DNA of 64,000 nt from Nitrospirota bacterium (GTDB lineage: Bacteria > Nitrospirota > UBA9217), in assembly GCA_963740085.1 (NCBI GenBank), contig CAVUCU010000001.1, positions 736,001 to 800,000 of the forward strand. Reading direction: 5' to 3'. Under the pieces are notes generated by a model. That model saw only the letters and a list, made by a program, of their open reading frames with translations, made no database searches and was not told the origin of the DNA. Positions 42,240 to 51,432 of the stretch are shown in pieces; the stretch's first letter is position 1, and every line of letters begins with the position of its first letter. The translations under genes were made by a program, and so were the position numbers.

Positions 42240-42310
42240 TTTCGTCGGAAGGGTTGAGCAAAGCGAAATCCGACGAGATAGATCGTATCGTCTTTCAACG
42301 AAGAAGTTTG

Positions 42311-43825
42311 TCACGGAAATAACGGATACGATTTGACCGTGGAGACCCGGTCCCTCCCGCCCTCTTTTGAAGCATACATGGCGTCGTCAGTACGCTTGAT
42401 GAGAGAATCGGCGGTATCGCTGTCCGCCTCAAGGCTGGACAATCCGATACTCAAAGACAGCCGAATTGATTTATCTTCCGTAAAGCTCATTTCAGCATTT
42501 CTCACGGCAGTGAGGATCTTGTCAGCGATCTTTTCCGCGCCCTTGATCGAAGTCTGCGGAAGGAGAAGCATGAACTCATCACCTCCGTACCGCCCGGCAA
42601 TGTCCGCCTTCCGAAGAATGGTCTTCAAGGCCGCCGCAATGGACTGCAAGGCCCGGTCTCCCGCGTCATGGCCGCAGGCATCATTGATCTCCTTGAAATT
42701 GTCTATATCGCAGAGAATAAGGGACAAATCAGAATTGTACCGCTTGGCACGGTCGATCTCATAGAGAAGGCTGTCGGTAAGCGCTCTCCGGTTCATAAGA
42801 CCGGTAAGGCCGTCCGTGCTTGACAGATATTCCAATTTCTTGATGAGGAGCCGCTTTTCCTCCTCGGATCTCTTCCGGTCGGTAATGTCCCGAGTATATT
42901 CGATGGTGTGAGAAACGAGGCCATCCTCGTCGAGGATGGGATAGGTGCTGATCTCCACCCAGATCCCGGTTCCGTCATGCAGGGTGATGAACTTGTCTTT
43001 CACGCAGGGGTTGGCTGAATTGAAGGTCGTACTCACCACGCACCCCTCGCAGACGCTCGTCCTGTTGTGCAGCACTTCATGACATTTTCTGCCGATCAGT
43101 TCTCCGGCTTCCTTGTTTTTCATCCGCGCATAGGCATCGTTTGCCCGTATGATCTGGAAGTTGCGGTCGAAAATGCTGAACGGGTCGCGGATACTGTCAA
43201 AGATGGTGTTCAGAAACCGTTCCGACCGGCGCAGCCGTTCCTCGCGTCGTTTGCGCCAGGCAATGTCGCGAATGATGCATATCCGGCTTCCATCCTCAAG
43301 CATGGTGATAGAAGCCTCTTGATAATAGGTGCTGCCGTTCTTCCGAGTCCCGAGCAATTCCCCGCGCCATCGGCCCCTTTTCTCCACTATTGGTTCAACG
43401 GTGGATCGTATCCGCTCATACTCCCGGTCCCCGTAAGCAATCCGGCATGTTTTGCCCGTTAGTTCCCCCGGACCATCATATCCATTGATCGTTGCAAAAG
43501 CCTGGTTCACGTAGACATATGTTCCCCCGGGATTGCTAATGGCGATCCCATCCATGGAGGTCTCAATGGCTGCGGAATGCTTCCGGAGGATTACCCCGGT
43601 CCTGCGATGTCTGGCCGTTATTATTGCGATGATACCGAAGGCAAGAAAACTCAGCGTCAGGAGGATGCGAAGAAAATATTCGTCGGCACTTCTGTTCAGC
43701 AAGAGGCTTAAAAATGTTCCCTTGTGCAATACCAGGGCGTAAAAGGCAGAGTCAAGGGTCCAGATGGACACGACGGCAATGACCGTGGTTATGATGATCT
43801 TATGTTCGGCTTTTATTTTTTCCAT
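42311..43825 (-). CDS. membrane-anchored PAS-PAS diguanylate cyclase
   Basis: Two TM helices, two PAS domains, D-LTGL-NRR, RKAD I-site and GGDEF. Confidence 0.9.
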   Translation of the reverse strand: MEKIKAEHKIIITTVIAVVSIWTLDSAFYALVLHKGTFLSLLLNRSADEYFLRILLTLSFLAFGIIAIITARHRRTGVILRKHSAAIETSMDGIAISNPGGTYVYVNQAFATINGYDGPGELTGKTCRIAYGDREYERIRSTVEPIVEKRGRWRGELLGTRKNGSTYYQEASITMLEDGSRICIIRDIAWRKRREERLRRSERFLNTIFDSIRDPFSIFDRNFQIIRANDAYARMKNKEAGELIGRKCHEVLHNRTSVCEGCVVSTTFNSANPCVKDKFITLHDGTGIWVEISTYPILDEDGLVSHTIEYTRDITDRKRSEEEKRLLIKKLEYLSSTDGLTGLMNRRALTDSLLYEIDRAKRYNSDLSLILCDIDNFKEINDACGHDAGDRALQSIAAALKTILRKADIAGRYGGDEFMLLLPQTSIKGAEKIADKILTAVRNAEMSFTEDKSIRLSLSIGLSSLEADSDTADSLIKRTDDAMYASKEGGRDRVSTVKSYPLFP

Positions 43826-43879
43826 ACAATTGCATTATACACCACCGCGACGCGGAGACGCAGGGGAATTGAAAGTGCA

Positions 43880-45292
43880 TCACACGTTCGTTTTGACACT
43901 CTCCTCGATTCCCAGGACCTTCTCAACGATCTCAGCAAGCTCCTCATCGTGGTCGTGGTTCAGGGTGAATACCCTGCACTGCACCACGCGCGCGGGGATA
44001 TAGTCGAAGAAATCCTTGAGCGGTTCCTTCTCCACTTTGCGCGTCGAGGGGTTGAACACATGGATCTGGCGCTCGCCCATCATAAGCGGGTTGACCGGCC
44101 TCGGATCCTGACTGGCCATATCCACCCGGAACTGCAGGTCCTTGAGCTTCGGCGAAAGATTCCTCTTGATCCTGACCACCAGTTCCCTGGCATCGATGAT
44201 GGTTTTCCCTTTCTCGAAGGTCTTCATGGAAAGCGTCACATCATAGGCCATTTTCCATTTTACCTCGCGCGAAAGGATTGCAGCCCATTCCCGTCCGAGC
44301 GCTGCCGTGGCGTCATCTTCATTATCGCCCCACTTTCGCACGGCCTCGAGCAGGGACCAGTCGGTCAGTTCCCGGTATCCCCTGAGGTTGTCAACAGGGT
44401 TGAACGGGAACAACGCCGCCATAGTGTCCTTGAACAGTTCCTTGAGGTGCTCGTCGATCGCCCGCGTGGTGCGATGGTAGTAGACGTTCGTGTACATATA
44501 CAGCCGGGCATTCAGGAACATGTTCAGAGCGGTAAGCCCGGACTTGTGGAGCGTGAGGCCCTTGTCCGTAAAGAACGTATAATACATCAGCCGGTCGATG
44601 TCCACCGCGCCGATGGCCACGCCGCACATGTAAGCGTCGCGCATGACGTAGTCGAGGTTGTCAACGGTGTAAATGCCCGAGAGAAGAGGCTGGAGGAAGA
44701 CAAGCCACTGCTGCTTTTTTGCCGTCGATGCCGGCTGGGCCCCCTTGCCGATCAGGAATGCGATCTGCTCCGGGTCCAGCTTCTCTTTCTTCGCAAATTC
44801 GCCGTTGGGACTTCGACGGATGTCTTTGATGATCTCCGCCAGTTCGTTCTTGATAATGTGCTGTCCCAGTTTTTCATGGGTCAGGCCGAACTGTTCAAGA
44901 TAGTTGTCGTCGAAGAAGTGTCCGAAGGGGCCATGCCCCACGTCATGAAGGAGGGCCGTCACCCGCAAAAGTTCCTCGATATAGTTTGCCGAAGGACAAT
45001 CCGGCGACGCGGCCTTGAGAGAGGGATAGAGGTGACGGGCGAACCGGCCCGCCAGGTGCATGGCGCCGAGCGAGTGCTGGAACCTGCTATGCTCCGCCGA
45101 GGGATAGACCCACCGGGCGCTCTGAAGCTGATATATCTGTCGCAGGCGCTGCATCCAGGCAGTATCGATCAGGTCCTTCTCGGTCTTTTCGCCCGCAGAG
45201 CGGGGCGTGGTAAATGAGATGTAGCCATGGACCGGATCGCCCAGCAGGGCGGTACCATCATAGAATTCTTCACCCCGGGTAAGTTCGCGCAT
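43880..45292 (-). CDS. HD-domain phosphohydrolase (SAMHD1/YwfO-like dNTPase family)
   Basis: DPVHGYI, QRLRQIYQL, HSRFQHSLG, LLHDVGHGPFGH, DNLDYVMRD and VYYHRT. Confidence 0.88.
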   Translation of the reverse strand: MRELTRGEEFYDGTALLGDPVHGYISFTTPRSAGEKTEKDLIDTAWMQRLRQIYQLQSARWVYPSAEHSRFQHSLGAMHLAGRFARHLYPSLKAASPDCPSANYIEELLRVTALLHDVGHGPFGHFFDDNYLEQFGLTHEKLGQHIIKNELAEIIKDIRRSPNGEFAKKEKLDPEQIAFLIGKGAQPASTAKKQQWLVFLQPLLSGIYTVDNLDYVMRDAYMCGVAIGAVDIDRLMYYTFFTDKGLTLHKSGLTALNMFLNARLYMYTNVYYHRTTRAIDEHLKELFKDTMAALFPFNPVDNLRGYRELTDWSLLEAVRKWGDNEDDATAALGREWAAILSREVKWKMAYDVTLSMKTFEKGKTIIDARELVVRIKRNLSPKLKDLQFRVDMASQDPRPVNPLMMGERQIHVFNPSTRKVEKEPLKDFFDYIPARVVQCRVFTLNHDHDEELAEIVEKVLGIEESVKTNV

Positions 45293-45298
45293 GGAATG

Positions 45299-45326
45299 AT
45301 TATACCGTGAAATAAGTTCCAGTCAA
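45299..45326 (-). promoter_or_regulatory. sigma70 promoter directly before the HD gene start
   Basis: Minus strand TTGACT-16 nt-TATAAT-6 nt-ATG. Confidence 0.65.
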
Positions 45327-45499
45327 CTACAAAGACCGTACTTCGGGGTCCAAGCATCGGTCGTGAAGTTCACCCTCACGCGACAAAGCGTCTCGGGCAC
45401 CTGGTCATTGACCGGGACATGCGCATCCTCGCTGCAGGCGAAATACTCGATGTGAGAATGGGATAGACATGCGGACTTCGCACAGCGGAACCATCGGAA

Positions 45500-46027
45500 T
45501 CAAAGCAGAATATACGCCTTTGCTCCCGCTTCAATAGCATAATAAACCGACCGAAAGTCTTTTTTAGAAAGCGAGTAACGCGGGATTCCCGCCTCGAGCT
45601 TTGCCTCCGGTGCATGCACACCCTGCAGGACCAGGGATTTGTCGAAGACCAGCAGCTTCCTTTGCCTGGCCCCCTCGATCTTTTGTGTAAGCGTCAGCGC
45701 TCCGCGAGTGAGCCTGTGGGCGCGGTCTGATACTGAAACACGCTTGAAATGAAAATCCTTGAGCACCCGGTTCTTGTACTTGAGCTGCCCGGTCTTTTTG
45801 GAAATATTGAGGATGAGGTATTTCGAGTCCGACGTGTACATCGTCCTCTGAAAAACCAGATAGTCCTGCTCCCGCTTGAGCGTCTTGATCCTGATGCTCA
45901 GCTGCTTCTGCTGTTGGAGCAGCTTTCCCCGCTCTTCCCTGTTCTCATCGCCGTTGACCGCACCCGTAAGGAACAAGGAGAGCAAAAGGATCCACCAGAT
46001 TGTTTTGCTTCTTACATTACTCTGCAC
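45500..46027 (-). CDS. exported hypothetical protein, probably a degenerate YkuD/L,D-transpeptidase-like partner
   Basis: Signal peptide and coiled coil. Layout parallels the upstream LDT gene, but no HxxxxC catalytic motif. Confidence 0.5.
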   Translation of the reverse strand: MQSNVRSKTIWWILLLSLFLTGAVNGDENREERGKLLQQQKQLSIRIKTLKREQDYLVFQRTMYTSDSKYLILNISKKTGQLKYKNRVLKDFHFKRVSVSDRAHRLTRGALTLTQKIEGARQRKLLVFDKSLVLQGVHAPEAKLEAGIPRYSLSKKDFRSVYYAIEAGAKAYILL

Positions 46028-46066
46028 TCGACACTCCGATTTCCGCGATAGACGCCCCGTTCCGGA

Positions 46067-46720
46067 CTAATAGATATACACCTTGGTGCCGTTCTTCACT
46101 GATGTATGGACCACTTCGAGGTCCTCGTCGCCAAGGGAAATGCACCCGTGGGTAAAATGGGTCCCGAGAAGGTTCTTCCACTTCGTGCCGTGGATCTTAT
46201 ACCCGTTCCCGAGAAGAATGGCATACTTGCCCAGCACGTCCCGCACGATCCGGTCCGGGTCGTTCTGCGGCGGTATAGGCATGTTCTCTTCCACATAGGA
46301 CCAGTCGGGCCTGATCCAGACCGGGTTTCGTTCCCTGCCAAGGACCGTGAGCGATCCCATGGGGGTTTCGAAATACCATTTTCTTCCCCTGTCCTCTTTG
46401 AGGAACTGACGGCTGCCGGTCCCCACTTTAGCCGTCAAAAGAATTGATTTACCTTGTCTCATCGCAAGCCGATTGTTTTCCGTGTCCACGACCAGGTAGA
46501 GCTCATCGTCCTCCATGTCCCTGAGCATGTTCCCGAGCCCCTGATTTTCCTCATCAAGCTGCGCGGCCTGCTCCTTCAGTGCCTGCACGTGACTGCGAAG
46601 CGCCTCGATCGGCACAGTCTGAACTTCTGCAAATCCCGTCAACGGTATGATGACGAGCAGGAGAAGGGACAGTGTGCAGGCGAGTATCATCTTCCTTTTT
46701 TTCGCGTTCTTATTCCACAT
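46067..46720 (-). CDS. L,D-transpeptidase (YkuD family)
   Basis: ETPMG, NPVWIRPDW and YKIHGT...THGCISL. Confidence 0.85.
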   Translation of the reverse strand: MWNKNAKKRKMILACTLSLLLLVIIPLTGFAEVQTVPIEALRSHVQALKEQAAQLDEENQGLGNMLRDMEDDELYLVVDTENNRLAMRQGKSILLTAKVGTGSRQFLKEDRGRKWYFETPMGSLTVLGRERNPVWIRPDWSYVEENMPIPPQNDPDRIVRDVLGKYAILLGNGYKIHGTKWKNLLGTHFTHGCISLGDEDLEVVHTSVKNGTKVYIY

Positions 46721-46730
46721 TCCGCATTCC

Positions 46731-48107
46731 TCATTCCGAATTGAGAAATATCTTCCCCGGGTTCAATATATTGTTCGGGTCAAGAGCATGTTTGATCCTT
46801 CTCATCGCCCCAATCGCAGCCTGCCCCAGTTCCATCGGCAGGTAGGCTGCCTTTGACAAGCCGATCCCGTGCTCGCCGGTAATGCTGCCCCCCAGCCGCA
46901 GTGTGGATGCGAATATCTCTTTTACCGCAGCTTCCGCCTTCGGCGTGTCCACTTCGTCGAACATGATATTCGTATGAATATTACCGTCACCGGCATGTCC
47001 GAAGTTCACGATCAAAAGGCCGTGCCGCTCTGCGATCGCAGCGATCTCCTGCAGGCTGTCGGCGATCCTGCTGCGCGGCACAACAATGTCTTCATTCAAC
47101 TTTTTCGGCTTGATCGTATACAGCGCCGGAGAGATCGACCGCCGTGCCTTCCAAAGATGTTCCCGCTCCGTTTCTGTTTCGGCCCTTTTCACGCGTACGG
47201 CGCCGCTGAGCATCATGATCTCTGCTATCCGGTCCGCCTCCCGTGCCGTGGATTCAGCGGGTCCGTCCACCTCCACCAGCAGCATGGCGGCGGCTCCATG
47301 CGACAGGTCTTCTTTCAAATAGCCCTCGACCGCCCTGAGCGCCGCCTGGTCCACAAACTCGAGCGCCCGGGGAAGGACACCGCTTGCCATGATCGCGGAT
47401 GCCGTTTTCGCGGCGACAGGGACCCCGTTGAAAAAAGCTGCCAGGGTCCTCACGCTTTCCGGCAGGCGCAGGAGTCTCAGGGTGATCCTGGTAACCACGC
47501 CAAGCGTGCCTTCAGACCCGACAATGAGTTTCGTGAGGTCATATCCGGCCACGCTCTTGACCGTGCGCGCGCCGGTAGTGATGGTCTCGCCGGTGGGCAG
47601 CACAACCTCCAAACCGAGCACATAGTCCTTGGTAACGCCATACTTCACGGCGCGAAGTCCTCCCGCGCATTCAGCCACATTCCCTCCCAGGGTGCAAAAC
47701 TGGCGGCTCGCCGGGTCCGGCGGATAGAAGAGACTGCGCGATTCGACCTCGCGCTGCAGATCGCCGGTTATTACGCCTGGTTCGACCACGGCGATAAAAT
47801 CCTGTTCATCGATCTCGAGAATGTGGTTCATGCGCTCGAGCGACAGCACCACGCCGCCCTGGACCGGAACAGACCCTCCGGACATTCCGGTCCCCGCCCC
47901 GCGCGGCACCACCGGGAATCGTTCCCGGTTGGCGAGCCCAAGTATCTCCGAGATTTCCCGGGAAGAACGAGGACGCACCACGACCCAGGGGAGCGATTCC
48001 CGCCGGGTTGCATCGTAGGAATAGACGACCAGCTCTTCAGGTGAGAGGGAGAAGTGAGCGGTACCGACGATGGACTTCAGTTCTTTAAGAGCAGATGGTT
48101 TAAGCAT
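46731..48107 (-). CDS. FAD-linked oxidase, GlcD / D-lactate dehydrogenase family
   Basis: PRGAGTGMSGG, YPPDPAS, GSEGTLG, GHAGDGNIH, GEHGIG and LNPGKIF. Confidence 0.9.
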   Translation of the reverse strand: MLKPSALKELKSIVGTAHFSLSPEELVVYSYDATRRESLPWVVVRPRSSREISEILGLANRERFPVVPRGAGTGMSGGSVPVQGGVVLSLERMNHILEIDEQDFIAVVEPGVITGDLQREVESRSLFYPPDPASRQFCTLGGNVAECAGGLRAVKYGVTKDYVLGLEVVLPTGETITTGARTVKSVAGYDLTKLIVGSEGTLGVVTRITLRLLRLPESVRTLAAFFNGVPVAAKTASAIMASGVLPRALEFVDQAALRAVEGYLKEDLSHGAAAMLLVEVDGPAESTAREADRIAEIMMLSGAVRVKRAETETEREHLWKARRSISPALYTIKPKKLNEDIVVPRSRIADSLQEIAAIAERHGLLIVNFGHAGDGNIHTNIMFDEVDTPKAEAAVKEIFASTLRLGGSITGEHGIGLSKAAYLPMELGQAAIGAMRRIKHALDPNNILNPGKIFLNSE

Positions 48108-49680
48108 ACACGCGATAATCGATATCGGGGAACGGATTGTCGCTGTATTCTATATCTCCAAGCCAGCGTTCGTCAAGAGTGTTTCCTTTAATATCGTGAT
48201 ACAACTTGTCGAACCTCAGCAAATGCTCTTTCGTTCTCTTGACCGCATATTCGACATGGCTGCCGGTCTTCATGATAAAGGCCCAGTCCGAGCTCTGGGC
48301 AAGCAGCAGTTCCCGCGCCGCCTGTTTCAACGCCCGCTGCTGCAAACCCTCGGAACTGGGAAATGACCGGCTCAGCTCCACCATGCGGTCAGCAGCCTTG
48401 TGTAAATGCCGGTAGATCCAGTCGTTCGTTCCGTTCAGCCACACCTCAGCATATCCCCTGTAGCCCCAGCTTGAAGGAGACGGCGCGGAGACCTGGCACT
48501 GCGGGTTCTCCCGCAAATACTCGGAAGGGGTGATGAGGCGCACCGTCTTCTGATCGCACACGGTTTTACGGATCAGGAAGTTGATCCAGTCCGGTCCCTC
48601 GAACCACCAGTGGCCGTACAACTCCGCGTCGTAAGGCGCAACGATAATCGGCTTCCGTTCGGGGAAAATCCCGGCGAGCCATTCGACCTGCTTCTCCCGG
48701 TTGAACAGGAAGTTGCCGGCGTGCTCGGCTGCCCGCTCGAGCGCCCAGCGCCGGACATAGGGCTCTTTGTCGTTCGACGCGCCCGTGATCTTGTGATACT
48801 TGATCCCCAGGTTCACGCGCACGCCGTCCGGGTGCAGGTAGGGTCTTACGTACTCATAGTCAAGGTCAAAGCCGATATCACGATAGAAATCCCGGTAGTT
48901 GTAGTCCCCCGGGTAGCCCTCTACGGAACTCCAGACCTGCTTTGATGATTCGATGTCCCTCCCGAAGACTGCCACGCCCGAGCGGGTATAAATCGGCGCG
49001 TAAACCCCGTACCTCGGCCGGGGCGAAGCGTGGAAGACCCCGTGAGAATCCGTGAAGAAGTAGCGAATGCCCGCTTCATGCAGAATCTCATCAAGCCCCG
49101 CGTAGTAGCCGCACTCCGGCAGCCAGATACCCTTCGGCGCGCTGCCAAAATGCTTTTTGTAATGTTCGACTGCGACCAAGACCTGCGCGCGGACTGCGTT
49201 TCTGTTCTGCATGAGCGGCAAAAATCCGTGCGTGGCCGCACAGGTGATGATCTCCAGCACGCCCAGGTCCTGAAATTTCTTGAATGCCGTGATCAGGTTG
49301 CTGCCGTACTTTTTCTCAAACACCGTGCGGGCATTAAGAAACATGTCCCGATACATGTGCGCAAGAGTGTTGAACTCCGGCTGGTCCCTGGTGCGCACGA
49401 TCTCGTTCTCCGCGAGTTCAATGAGTTTGCCGATATGACGCAGATATCGATGCTGAAGCAGGGGATCGGTCAGCATGGCGATAAGCGTGGGTGTCAGACT
49501 CATGGTGATGCGAAAGTCTATGCGATCGTTCACCAGTCCGTCGAAAATATCGATGAGCGGGATGTACGTCTCGGTGATGGCCTCATACAACCAGTCCTCT
49601 TCCAGGAACCGGTCATGTTCCGGGTGTCTTACATAGGGTAAATGGCTGTGAAGCACCAGCGCCAGATAACCTTTCTCCAT
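48100..49680 (-). CDS. GH57 1,4-alpha-glucan branching enzyme (DUF1957-containing)
   Basis: HSHLPYV, EAITETYIP, GIWLPECGY, PYDAELYGHWWFEG and AQSSDWAF. Confidence 0.92.
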   Translation of the reverse strand: MEKGYLALVLHSHLPYVRHPEHDRFLEEDWLYEAITETYIPLIDIFDGLVNDRIDFRITMSLTPTLIAMLTDPLLQHRYLRHIGKLIELAENEIVRTRDQPEFNTLAHMYRDMFLNARTVFEKKYGSNLITAFKKFQDLGVLEIITCAATHGFLPLMQNRNAVRAQVLVAVEHYKKHFGSAPKGIWLPECGYYAGLDEILHEAGIRYFFTDSHGVFHASPRPRYGVYAPIYTRSGVAVFGRDIESSKQVWSSVEGYPGDYNYRDFYRDIGFDLDYEYVRPYLHPDGVRVNLGIKYHKITGASNDKEPYVRRWALERAAEHAGNFLFNREKQVEWLAGIFPERKPIIVAPYDAELYGHWWFEGPDWINFLIRKTVCDQKTVRLITPSEYLRENPQCQVSAPSPSSWGYRGYAEVWLNGTNDWIYRHLHKAADRMVELSRSFPSSEGLQQRALKQAARELLLAQSSDWAFIMKTGSHVEYAVKRTKEHLLRFDKLYHDIKGNTLDERWLGDIEYSDNPFPDIDYRVYA

Positions 49681-50056
49681 CCTGCCTCCCCTGTCCGTGA
49701 CCTTTTTTTTCTGTGCGACTTTCTTCTGATCGCGCCTTTGCCGAATCATTCACACTGCCTTCCCTGACCCGGACAAGCCGGAACAATACCTTACAACAAA
49801 GTTACCCCGATTGCATCATTCGGTGACAGTTGCTTCACGAAGTCAGCATGGCTTTCGTGGTTGGTTTTACTCATTACTATTTAGACGTTCTTCGCGTCTG
49901 ATGAATATGTGGTGCAAATTCCGTTGCCATTTTAAGAAGAGTTTGATCCTTTCGTAACTGAACAGTCAAAAGAAAAGTCCATCCATGAAAGGATGGACTT
50001 TAAACAATGTGTGTTCTCATACGCCGCGGCCGGAGCAAAAGAGCCGGAAACGGGCA

Positions 50057-51049
50057 TTACTTCCGTTTCGCCCGATCTCGGGAGAACAGGCCCGGAGAGG
50101 TTATCTCCAACTCGCGTCTTCGCCTGAGCATCTCCTGCATTTCCGGCGACGAGATGCCTTGCCTGAATCCTTCCGGATAACCATAAAGCTTCCAGAACTC
50201 TTCATCCACGAGCATCCACTCTTCGTCGATCACATCGGAGACGCCGTCGCGCGGCATGGTGATGTAATTCGACCGTGCGATCGTAAGGAACCGCCCTTTC
50301 GGAGAGAGCAGCCCGATGTCCGCGCAGAAGGAATGAGACGGCCGGCCGATATCGAAATACCAGTTCCCGATCCGGTCCACGACCTCCTGGTCGAAATACC
50401 CGGTTGCATTCCGGCCGTCGAACTGCAAACCCGTGATATCGTAGATCCTTACACAAAGCTTGCTATCCCAGCCGAACCATGACTTCTCGCGTTCAATCCG
50501 CGCCGGTGTCGCCTCCCAGTACGCATAGGCCACATATGGATCCCGCGACAAAATAGAAATCCTCTCCTCGTTGTATCCCAGCGGAAGTTCTCCGGAGACT
50601 ACGGAGGACACTTGCGGCAACGGACCGGTATAATACTTCGACTCCGCCACGCGTTCCTGCGCCATGAGCGGCTCCTCAACGCCGGGAGGCAGCTTCCATT
50701 CGCGCACCGGATTGGTCTTCGGCAACGTCTTTCCGGCGGGAGAGCGCTTCTTCATTACGCGCTTCGAGGTGGTCGCGCCCTTCCTGGACTTCACTGCCTG
50801 CTTCTTCGCCGGTTTTGCAACAACCTCTTTTTTTACAATGGATTTTTTTACTGAGGCGGTAACCTTCCCAACCCCCTTTTTTAAAGAAGCAGCAACTCGC
50901 TTTCCTGCGGGTTTCACGGTCGTGGCAACGGCGATGAGCGCTTCGATGATATCTGCCTTCTTACCACCTGCGGATAGGGACACCTTTCTCTTCTTGGCCA
51001 GGGCTTTGAGCTCAGCCACAGTCATTGCTGTTAATTCTGATTTTTTCAT
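50057..51049 (-). CDS. DUF4912-domain protein with a Rho-termination N-terminal-like helix motif
   Basis: LTAMTVAELKALAK...KKADIIEAL, a Lys-rich linker, ELPLGYNEERISILSRDPYVAYAYWE and IARSNYITMPR. Sits directly upstream of GH57. Confidence 0.82.
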   Translation of the reverse strand: MKKSELTAMTVAELKALAKKRKVSLSAGGKKADIIEALIAVATTVKPAGKRVAASLKKGVGKVTASVKKSIVKKEVVAKPAKKQAVKSRKGATTSKRVMKKRSPAGKTLPKTNPVREWKLPPGVEEPLMAQERVAESKYYTGPLPQVSSVVSGELPLGYNEERISILSRDPYVAYAYWEATPARIEREKSWFGWDSKLCVRIYDITGLQFDGRNATGYFDQEVVDRIGNWYFDIGRPSHSFCADIGLLSPKGRFLTIARSNYITMPRDGVSDVIDEEWMLVDEEFWKLYGYPEGFRQGISSPEMQEMLRRRRELEITSPGLFSRDRAKRK

Positions 51050-51162
51050 CTCAACCCCCTTTCCGTAAACGTGATAGCCGTCCAAAGATAATTACCATAA
51101 GACTATAGCACAAAATACCGCATTTATCAAACCGAATATGCTTCCATGTTTTTGAAAAAATG

Positions 51163-51432
51163 AAAAAAAGAGCATACTGCGTGCCATGGACCTCGGTTGT
51201 CATCACGGAGCGGGCCCGGAAGGATCAATGCTGCACTCGATCTTACAAACGCGTCCTAGAGACCTCGCCCGGCAAGGTCGGCACGCACTCCGTCGCTCTT
51301 TACCGGATCTAGGCCAAGTAGTCCTGCAGGAACATCCCCTGAAGGTCACCGCCGCGAACACAGGTTCGAGACCGAAACATCATCGCGCACAGCGCAACCG
51401 ATCAGCAGGAAGGCAACGGGTCTGCACCCCGC
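51163..51432 (-). ncRNA. unassigned structured ncRNA candidate (~270 nt)
   Basis: GC-rich block in an AT-rich intergenic region. Multiple nested stems, with G-U pairs favouring the minus strand. Long-range TGCGTGCC/GGCACGCA helix and a U7 tail. No convincing ORF. Confidence 0.5.

Noticed and set aside
51200-51240. SRP RNA (GGCCCGGAAGGATC resembles the helix-8 GGAA loop)
   Set aside because: It lacks the conserved CAGG/AGCAG internal loop, and the pairing pattern favours the opposite strand.
51163-51432. 6S RNA or tmRNA
   Set aside because: It is not a single rod with a central bubble, has no tRNA-like ends or T-arm, and lacks zapA/ygfA/rny or smpB context.
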